A DNA stretch of 6,728 nt, taken from a virus. Numbering within the stretch: position 1 is the stretch's first letter; every line of letters begins with the position of its first letter. This document shows, piece by piece, positions 1 through 5,030 of this stretch. The stretch spans positions 1-6,728 of the IMG/VR virus record IMGVR_UViG_3300010219_000029; one strand, 5' to 3'. Under the pieces are notes generated by a model that was not told the origin of the DNA, ran no database searches, and saw nothing but the letters and a program-made list of their open reading frames with translations. A program made the position numbers and the translations under genes.

Positions 1-55
1 CCCATCCCGTCAGTCCGTCGCCTATTCGTCACACGATAAGCGGCGCGGGCAGGGC
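1..55. repeat. Terminal overlap copy A, identical to 6674-6728. It marks the circular-assembly junction.
   Basis: A base-by-base comparison shows 55/55 identity, and the identity runs exactly to the window edge. Confidence 0.9.
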
Positions 56-176
56 TGCAAGGGGCATCCGTAAAAGTCAGAAAAAGCACCTGACTTTTAC
101 AAACCCTCCCCTTGCAGCCCTGCCCTTCATCGCCGCTTATTCGAGTGACGGGCGACGAACTAACGGGATGGGAAGC
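1..176. repeat. Long imperfect inverted repeat (hairpin of about 180 nt, continuing into 6670-6673 across the circular junction) with an apical 11-bp perfect hairpin at 70-100. It is a candidate packaging signal, complementary-strand origin or recombination substrate.
   Basis: Left arm 1-64 pairs with right arm 108-172. Paired blocks include 1-10/163-172 and the perfect 18-bp block 47-64/108-125. They are interrupted by single mismatches, a 4-nt bulge (23-26, tatt), a 1-nt bulge and a 1x5 internal loop (46 versus 126-130). At the apex, gtaaaagtcag (70-80) pairs with ctgacttttac (90-100) around loop aaaaagcac. In addition, 6670-6673 (gctt) pairs with 173-176 (aagc). Confidence 0.85.
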
Positions 177-266
177 TGCAGCCGAATCGAACAACGGCCA
201 ATGCAGCGGGTTAAACGATGGGCTCAGAATCTTCGGGCTAGGCAGCTTTGAAAGGCGCAAACCAAA

Positions 267-563
267 ATGCAAAACCAACTCAGCTTTCAACATCCGAGCT
301 TCCAGGCTTTCATGCAAGGCATGACGGCAAAACGCCAGCCGCACAAACTGCCCAAGCGACTGGACGGCCGCCAATGGATGCAACTGACGTTCCGCTTTGT
401 ACTGCGGACGCTGGTACGCGCCAAACAGGGATTCACTTGGACCCGCGAGGACGGAAAAAAGGTTTGGTGCCGCAACATCGCCGCACTGGTGAAAGCCGTG
501 CAGGAATACGACGGATATCACTCCAAAATGCTGCCCCTTGAAATGCGCGGAAAGAAGAAGTGA
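267..563 (+). CDS. Hypothetical basic 98-aa protein, a possible accessory or regulatory gene, convergent with the zot-like gene.
   Basis: This is an ATG-started ORF with third-position GC of about 70%, against roughly 58% overall. It reads more like protein than the overlapping frames (248-541 plus strand, 287-478 minus strand). Its stop lies 5 bp from the stop of the pI-like gene. The RBS is weak (aaagg about 14 nt upstream), and I recognise no family motif. Confidence 0.5.
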   Translation: MQNQLSFQHPSFQAFMQGMTAKRQPHKLPKRLDGRQWMQLTFRFVLRTLVRAKQGFTWTREDGKKVWCRNIAALVKAVQEYDGYHSKMLPLEMRGKKK

Positions 564-568
564 GCTAG

Positions 569-1600
569 TCACAGCTTCACATCCACCGGCTTTGCCGGCC
601 CAGGTGAAGCAACCGGAGCCACCACAACCGACGCAGCGGACGCAGGCGCAGCAGGCACAGAAGCAACCGCCTCCGCATACGGATTAAACGGCTTGTTCTC
701 AAACCATTCGCGGCACTCAGACGCACTCAATCCCGCCGGAGTGCCTTGTTGCGTGTAGCACCGACATTCATCGCCCCGGCATATCGCCATCGAAATCACC
801 GGCATTTGCGAGATCTGACGTAGCCCGTCATACGCAGGAGCCGACTCAGGCCGATTCGACACACGCGGCACAAAGTCTTTGCGGTCATCAATGAAGCCCT
901 TCACAGGCGCGGCAAACGACCCTTGCGCCCCCTGCCCTGGCGTCGCCACGACACCAGCCACCACCGCAGGCTTTTTGCTGTCCTCGACACGATGCAATAC
1001 ACGCGTATAGGCATAAAACGCCATGCCGATCGTACCAATCACAGCCGCAATCGCAACCACCAGCATTTTGGGAAACGAACGTATCGGCTTGATGTGTTCG
1101 CTGGCCGACTTGTACAGGCCGAACGTCTTTTTATCAATCTTGTAGCGCTTTTTCAGCGGCGCATTTTTCCACGACGCCGCGCAGTTATCCGCGCACTCCG
1201 GCCACTCGTACCACCAGCGACCCAGAACCCCAAGATCACGCAGATGCACATGACGACCGACCAGCGCCCGCACGTTCGCATGAATCAAGCGCGGACCTTG
1301 CGTAATAATGAAGAAATCCAGCCCACGATGCCGATGGGTTTCAAGCGCCGCAATATCCTCCGGCACCTTTTGCCCTGGCCCCAGAGGACGCCATGTGTTT
1401 TGAGCCTCATCCATGACGATGGCCGAGCCATCGGGAACCGTTTCCATCCACTTGCGCGGGTCATCGAGAGGAAAATGCGGCACCTTCAAATCGGGGATGC
1501 CGTTGACATAGATCGCCCTGCCCTTCGCCAGCTCGACCAACAACGAGACAAGAGCAGAGGACTTGCCCGCACCTGGAGCGCCGGTAATGAGCGTAATCAT
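569..1600 (-). CDS. Zot-like / gene I (pI) family phage assembly ATPase.
   Basis: The N-terminus MITLITGAPGAGKSS carries a Walker A motif and AIVMDEAQ is Walker-B-like. A central membrane helix (MLVVAIAAVIGTIGMAFYAY) is followed by a Cys-containing C-terminal domain, which is the classic Zot/pI architecture. The start overlaps the upstream gene stop as ATGA. The gene sits last in the morphogenesis operon. Confidence 0.9.
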   Translation of the reverse strand: MITLITGAPGAGKSSALVSLLVELAKGRAIYVNGIPDLKVPHFPLDDPRKWMETVPDGSAIVMDEAQNTWRPLGPGQKVPEDIAALETHRHRGLDFFIITQGPRLIHANVRALVGRHVHLRDLGVLGRWWYEWPECADNCAASWKNAPLKKRYKIDKKTFGLYKSASEHIKPIRSFPKMLVVAIAAVIGTIGMAFYAYTRVLHRVEDSKKPAVVAGVVATPGQGAQGSFAAPVKGFIDDRKDFVPRVSNRPESAPAYDGLRQISQMPVISMAICRGDECRCYTQQGTPAGLSASECREWFENKPFNPYAEAVASVPAAPASAASVVVAPVASPGPAKPVDVKL

Positions 1601-1884
1601 GAGCCAGTCGTTTGCAGAGCAAATTTCTTGAGCACCATCCAGCCGATGCCCGACAAGATGCCACCAGAGGTAATGGCGAGGAAGTCAAACACCCCGGCCA
1701 TGGCAAGCAACTGGACGACCTCGCCAGCCAAGCCGAGAAATGCGCCCTTCGCCGCATCAATGGCTTGTTGAGCCATCACATTAGCGCCGGTATAGGTCAC
1801 TGTGCCGATACCGAGCGATACCAGCACACGCGACACCAACGGCCAAGTAATCGACGCCAGCCAATCAGTCAACGAGTCAAACAT
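1597..1884 (-). CDS. pVI-like minor coat / membrane protein (95 aa).
   Basis: I use the internal ATG at 1884 (MFDSLTDWLASITWPLV...). It lies 1 nt after the pIII-like stop (TGAtATG) and is preceded by aagga. The protein is small with two or three hydrophobic segments. It sits between the pIII-like and pI genes as in Ff and Xanthomonas/Ralstonia-type inoviruses. Its stop overlaps the pI start (ATGA). Confidence 0.65.
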   Translation of the reverse strand: MFDSLTDWLASITWPLVSRVLVSLGIGTVTYTGANVMAQQAIDAAKGAFLGLAGEVVQLLAMAGVFDFLAITSGGILSGIGWMVLKKFALQTTGS

Positions 1885-1885
1885 A

Positions 1886-3187
1886 TCAGTCCTTTCGTGC
1901 AAAGCCGAAGAATGAACCGAGCGCCACGAACCAGCCGAAGGCGATAAAAAGCGGCCTGATGCCACTTGCGAACTGGCAGTAGATCGACCAGTCCCACGAA
2001 ATCTGATGCCCTTGCACAGTCAACTGACGCGGCGCAGGACACGTCCCATTACTCGGCCCGAAACCACTTTCTGGCGTGATCGTCATCGCCTTATCAACGT
2101 TCGGAATAGGCAGCGCCTCCAGCGGACCACCCAAGCGCGAACAAGCCAGCGAACCCGCGTTCTTTTGGCAGAAATCATCAGGCTTTGACTCAGCGGGCGG
2201 GCTGGACGTGGTAACAGGAGTCGGACTCGATAACTTTTGAGTTGGGTCGGTCAGCTTCACATCCTCGCCCGTCACATCGACCTGAAACGGATTCGCTTTG
2301 TTGTTAGCAGGTGTGAGCTTTGTCGCAGGCTGCCTCCATTCCTGCGGGTTCGTATCAGGCACCGGTTGCGGCTCACCATTGGGCACCCGCAAAGGTTGCG
2401 GTTGAAGGTCAGGAGAAGGATTCAGAATAGGCACTTCAACCGGCAAAGGCACGGACGGCAGAGCCACCGCAACGGACTCAGGCAACGGCGCAGCCTTGAC
2501 CGCATCCCAATCGGACTCGACAGCGGGCGAACCCGGAGCCTCCACATTCACAGGCCCACTCGGTAACATCGGCTGCGTCGTCAGGGTTTGCCCCGCCCCA
2601 GGCGTAAAGGGTGACGGCTCTTGACAGTAGAAGGAACCCTCCGTGCCAGCACCTTGCGCCTCCACCACGCCGAAAAACGTTTTCCCCAAACGTCCGAACC
2701 AATCCCGACACGCCGCCTCAGCGGTCGCAAAAGGACCCACCGGACTTCCGTTGAATGAGTACTGATAATTCGTGTAGTAATTCCCGTTGCGACTCAACGT
2801 TCCCACATAAGGCTGCCCATCGCCGCCTTTTTTCAGCCATTGGTCGTTCGCCCATTCCAAACCGTACCCAATCAGCCAAGCGGCCACAGCCGACGTAACC
2901 AGAGCCGTAGGATTAAGCCGCACCGCCGTCACCGCCACGCTCGCAGCATTGGCAGCCAGACGATAGGCCGCAGGCATCACCACAGCCTTGCCACCCACGT
3001 TAGCCACCCCACCAGCGCCAAAAAAGCCGCCCGCAAATGTCCCGGTATTCGCAGCCGTGGTCATCATCAGATCAGCACCCCTCACCGCAAAGTTGGTCGG
3101 AGCCGCCAGTTGCGCATACCCCGCAAATGCAAACGGCGCCACCAAGAACGCCGTTATCGCAACAATCAGTTTCCGAAGATGATCCAT
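1886..3187 (-). CDS. pIII-like adsorption / minor coat protein (433 aa).
   Basis: There is an N-terminal signal peptide (MDHLRKLIVAITAFLVAPFAFA / GYAQ). A globular, Gly/Ala-rich N-terminal region is followed by a long Pro-rich linker (PLPESVAVALPSVPLPVEVPILNPSPDLQPQPLRVPNGEPQPVPD...). A Cys-containing domain and a C-terminal membrane anchor (IRPLFIAFGWFVALGSFFGFARKD) complete the protein. It is the largest ORF downstream of the coat gene. Confidence 0.7.
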   Translation of the reverse strand: MDHLRKLIVAITAFLVAPFAFAGYAQLAAPTNFAVRGADLMMTTAANTGTFAGGFFGAGGVANVGGKAVVMPAAYRLAANAASVAVTAVRLNPTALVTSAVAAWLIGYGLEWANDQWLKKGGDGQPYVGTLSRNGNYYTNYQYSFNGSPVGPFATAEAACRDWFGRLGKTFFGVVEAQGAGTEGSFYCQEPSPFTPGAGQTLTTQPMLPSGPVNVEAPGSPAVESDWDAVKAAPLPESVAVALPSVPLPVEVPILNPSPDLQPQPLRVPNGEPQPVPDTNPQEWRQPATKLTPANNKANPFQVDVTGEDVKLTDPTQKLSSPTPVTTSSPPAESKPDDFCQKNAGSLACSRLGGPLEALPIPNVDKAMTITPESGFGPSNGTCPAPRQLTVQGHQISWDWSIYCQFASGIRPLFIAFGWFVALGSFFGFARKD

Positions 3188-3223
3188 CCCGCCCCCAAGA
3201 CCGCAACCACGATCAGCCAGAAT

Positions 3224-3586
3224 TCAGGAGTTGCCCCGCCCATAGTCGCCCCCACTTTCCGATGCCTCGCCGCGCAGCATCCGAACCAAAAACATCACCG
3301 CGTGAGCAGCCGCCCAAGCAGCGACCACCATCCACGAAACTTCCAGCGCATCCTGCGCAGATAGCAGGTTGCAAGGCTGCGGCGTAAAAGGGGCGACATA
3401 CGAAAATGCCGCCGTCCCATCAACGGGATTGAGCGTGTATGTGATCGACGTATCCGAGACAGCAGACACCCCCACCACATACACGCCCTGCCCCGCCTGC
3501 TTTAGCGAACCCGCCTCAGCAGACGCCACCGCCTGGGCCGCTTGTTCCGCAGTGCCGTAACACGCCTGTCCGACTTGGAAGCCCAT
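3224..3586 (-). CDS. Hypothetical membrane-anchored protein (120 aa), possibly a minor virion or assembly protein.
   Basis: I place the start at the ATG at 3586 (MGFQVGQ...) because it overlaps the stop of the upstream 41-aa ORF as TGATG. The track start at 3631 would overlap that ORF. There is a C-terminal hydrophobic helix (VSWMVVAAWAAAHAVMFLV). The gene lies on the operon strand between the coat and pIII-like genes. Confidence 0.55.
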   Translation of the reverse strand: MGFQVGQACYGTAEQAAQAVASAEAGSLKQAGQGVYVVGVSAVSDTSITYTLNPVDGTAAFSYVAPFTPQPCNLLSAQDALEVSWMVVAAWAAAHAVMFLVRMLRGEASESGGDYGRGNS

Positions 3587-3711
3587 CAGAGCGCCCTTTT
3601 CAGTAAGGCATGCACTTTCACAGAGACCCATGAAAACAGCACAGCGCCCGCCACCGCCGCAGCATCCACGGCCAAATCAGCCAGCAGCGGAGCCACAACG
3701 GAGGAGAACAT
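3586..3711 (-). CDS. Small hydrophobic peptide (41 aa, MFSSVVAPLLADLAVDAAAVAGAVLFSWVSVKVHALLKRAL), a candidate pVII/pIX-type minor coat protein.
   Basis: This ORF is absent from the ORF track because it is too short, so I translated it by hand. Its ATG shares the A of the coat-gene TAA stop (TAATG). Its TGA shares the A of the next ATG (TGATG). It has a hydrophobic core and a basic C-terminus. Confidence 0.55.
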   Translation of the reverse strand: MFSSVVAPLLADLAVDAAAVAGAVLFSWVSVKVHALLKRAL

Positions 3712-3917
3712 TACAGACCCTTGCGGATGAACTTGATCGCGAAGATTGCGATCACCGCCACCAGCACCACCGTTGCGACAGAGGTCGCGTCAGCCTTGAG
3801 GTCGGTCAGGCTGGTGGTCACATCAGCCGGAACAGCAGCGTGAGCGGTGCCGACAGCGGTCACCAGTGCGGAGCCAGCAGCAGCCAGCTTTTTCATTGCG
3901 CGTTTCGAGTAGTTCAT
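3711..3917 (-). CDS. Major coat protein (pVIII-like), a 68-aa precursor.
   Basis: An internal ATG at 3917 has GGAG 8 nt upstream. The signal peptide MNYSKRAMKKLAAAGSALVTAVGTAHA is followed by a mature peptide of about 41 aa. That peptide has an acidic N-terminus (AVPADVTTSLTDLKAD), a hydrophobic core (VATVVLVAVIAIFAI) and a basic C-terminus (KFIRKGL). This is the textbook inovirus coat layout. Confidence 0.85.
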   Translation of the reverse strand: MNYSKRAMKKLAAAGSALVTAVGTAHAAVPADVTTSLTDLKADATSVATVVLVAVIAIFAIKFIRKGL

Positions 3918-4063
3918 GCTCGTTTCTCCATGGGCAGGTTGGAAATTCCGGCGAGGCGCCCACCCTTCACCGGAACGGAAAAAAAACGGTCGGCTGCAAT
4001 CACCAGCATCCCTCCGACGAAGCAGCCGAAGCCAAGCCAAAGGAGCGACCGGAGCGGACGCAT
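3914..4063 (-). CDS. Small membrane peptide (49 aa, MRPLRSLLWLGFGCFVGGMLVIAADRFFSVPVKGGRLAGISNLPMEKRA), a candidate pVII/pIX-type minor coat or assembly protein.
   Basis: This ORF is absent from the ORF track, so I translated it by hand (50 codons). Its ATG shares the A of the upstream TAA stop (TAATG). Its TGA overlaps the coat ATG (ATGA). It contains one clear transmembrane-like segment. Confidence 0.55.
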   Translation of the reverse strand: MRPLRSLLWLGFGCFVGGMLVIAADRFFSVPVKGGRLAGISNLPMEKRA

Positions 4064-4383
4064 TAGGCCTTCTCAGCAACCCGCGCCTGGACCGGCTGAC
4101 GCAGCGGATGCAAAGCGGTCAGACGCGAACCAATGCGCAAATCCTGACCCACCGACAACTCAAACTCTGCGAGGTACTCACCCGGAAGCGTTTCATTCAT
4201 CGACTTCGGCATGAGCAACTCACCCACCAGCGTCGATTCCACTGCCTTGCCGTCCACTTCGGACTTGGAGCGAACCACGCATTGCGCGAGCTTCATTTGC
4301 TCAGGCGCGTTAGTTTTCTTATTGCGATAGTCGATGGTCTTAAAAGCGAGAATGGTCAGATGGTGTTTGCTGTCAGCAGCCAT
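4063..4383 (-). CDS. Gene-V-like ssDNA-binding protein (106 aa). The assignment rests on position and size.
   Basis: The ATG at 4383 is preceded by aagggg 7 nt upstream. The protein is small and looks beta-rich (HHLTILAFKTIDY..., LPGEYLAEFELSVGQDLRIGSRLTAL). It is the first gene of the structural operon, where inoviruses encode pV. An alternative GTG start at 4506 has a strong GGAGG 9 nt upstream and would give 147 aa. Confidence 0.55.
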   Translation of the reverse strand: MAADSKHHLTILAFKTIDYRNKKTNAPEQMKLAQCVVRSKSEVDGKAVESTLVGELLMPKSMNETLPGEYLAEFELSVGQDLRIGSRLTALHPLRQPVQARVAEKA

Positions 4384-4428
4384 GGTGTAGCCCCTTGAGT
4401 AGATAAAGAAAACGGGCATCAGCCCTTC

Positions 4429-4449
4429 AAAAAACGCCGGGTTTCGGCG
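4429..4449 (-). terminator. Weak terminator- or attenuator-like hairpin on the minus strand, upstream of the ssDNA-binding gene.
   Basis: Read on the minus strand the sequence is cgccg-aaacc-cggcg followed by TTTTTT. This is a 5-bp all-GC stem with a T6 tract. The T tract runs directly into a TTGAAG -35-like hexamer. Confidence 0.25.
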
Positions 4450-4540
4450 CAGGTATGCCCCTATGCGACCGGGAACAAATTCGGAAACGTCAGCAGGTTT
4501 CGCCACCGCAACTCACCTCCGTGCTATGGTTAACCCACAG

Positions 4541-4566
4541 ACCGTTCGGTATGCATGCCGAACGGT
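4541..4566. promoter_or_regulatory. 26-bp near-perfect palindrome, a candidate operator in the divergent control region between the structural operon and the HTH regulator gene.
   Basis: accgttcgg (4541-4549) and ccgaacggt (4558-4566) are perfect 9-bp inverted arms around tatgcatg, which is itself an atgcat palindrome. The element lies 48 bp upstream of the regulator ATG. tcggtatg recurs at 4546-4553 and 4588-4595, and cggtat also occurs at 4563-4568. Confidence 0.4.
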
Positions 4567-4613
4567 ATAACGCCAAAGTTAAACCAATCGGTATGAGATT
4601 GCAAGGAGGAAAT

Positions 4614-5030
4614 ATGGAATACGCAGAAATAGTCCAAAAGGCACTGCGCGGTCGAAGCGTCAACCGAGCAGCAAAGGAATGGGGAGTAGGCCAAGTGACC
4701 CTAAACCGTTACGTCAACGGAGGACGCCTCCCGGACTACGAAACGGCAGTGCTAATGGCGCGGGAAGCGGGTGTAGAGCCCGGCGTGATGCTGATCGCCC
4801 TGGCGGAGGAAGAAAGCCGTAGGAAACGGCCCATTTTCAGAGCTGCGGCAGCGGTCGCCAGCGCAGCAGTTGTCATTTTTTCCGTGACGACAGTCCCCTC
4901 CCCTGCAGAGGCGGGAACCGCACAAATTGTTAAATCAGCACTTGGTATTATGTCAAATAGACGACGGGCTTTGCTGCGCCGCGCAGCTAAGGCATTTAGA
5001 CGCATTACAGCCACGCCGACAGCAGCGTAA
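4614..5030 (+). CDS. Cro/CI (XRE)-type helix-turn-helix transcriptional regulator (138 aa) with a possible C-terminal membrane segment and an Arg-rich tail. It is a putative phage repressor or immunity regulator.
   Basis: The ATG at 4614 has a strong RBS (aaggagga, 3 nt spacing). The HTH signature reads SVNRAAKEWGVGQVTLNRYVNGGRLPD. A hydrophobic stretch (AAAAVASAAVVIFSVTTV) is followed by NRRRALLRRAAKAFRR. A rho-independent terminator lies 25 nt after the stop. The longer track ORF from 4455 has no RBS. Confidence 0.75.
   Translation: MEYAEIVQKALRGRSVNRAAKEWGVGQVTLNRYVNGGRLPDYETAVLMAREAGVEPGVMLIALAEEESRRKRPIFRAAAAVASAAVVIFSVTTVPSPAEAGTAQIVKSALGIMSNRRRALLRRAAKAFRRITATPTAA

Noticed and set aside
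1-55. The 55-bp terminal direct repeat read as prophage att sites, LTRs or transposon ends.
   Set aside because: The identity begins and ends exactly at the window edges, so no flanking host DNA is present. The repeat is direct rather than inverted. The hairpin pairing continues across the joined ends. A circular-assembly overlap is the simpler explanation, although an att duplication cannot be formally excluded without reads or host context.
112-541. Alternative ORFs overlapping the 98-aa gene region: 112-324 plus strand, 248-541 plus strand and 287-478 minus strand.
   Set aside because: ORF 112-324 starts with TTG inside the right arm of the large hairpin. ORF 248-541 (TTG start) and ORF 287-478 give Arg/Thr/Pro- or Cys/Ser/Arg-rich, unprotein-like products. 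The 267-563 frame has the ATG start and the best codon bias.
574-610. A two-tier hairpin (gcttcac...ccggc-ttt-gccgg...gtgaagc) just after the plus-strand ORF stop, considered as a bidirectional terminator between the convergent genes.
   Set aside because: No U-tract follows it on either strand. There is a 5x5 internal loop. It lies inside the coding 3' end of the pI-like gene. It may still slow polymerases, but I cannot call it a terminator.
700-800. An RGD tripeptide and a Cys cluster (CRGDECRCYTQQG) in the Zot-like C-terminal domain, considered as a hint of toxin or integrin-binding activity.
   Set aside because: A three-residue motif is expected by chance. Cys-containing periplasmic C-terminal domains are normal for pI/Zot-family assembly proteins. 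The sequence gives no basis for claiming toxin function.
3918-4079. N-terminal extensions suggested by the ORF track: coat from 4079, pVI-like from 1965, the 135-aa ORF from 3631 and the regulator from 4455.
   Set aside because: In each case an internal ATG has a proper RBS or a stop/start overlap with the upstream gene. The extension overlaps another better-supported gene or reads as non-protein-like sequence, for example MLRRPNASAPVAPLAWLRLLRRRDAGD before the coat signal peptide.
923-4398. Many plus-strand ORFs antisense to the structural operon: 923-1771, 1612-1947, 2006-2188, 2237-2566, 2840-3364, 2988-3182, 3037-3387, 3369-3560, 3542-3730, 3630-4214, 3866-4066 and 3916-4398.
   Set aside because: These are shadow ORFs opposite well-supported genes. 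The products are Arg/His/Pro/Ser-rich with no motifs and no RBSs, and they overlap each other in several frames. This is typical of the antisense strand of GC-rich coding DNA.
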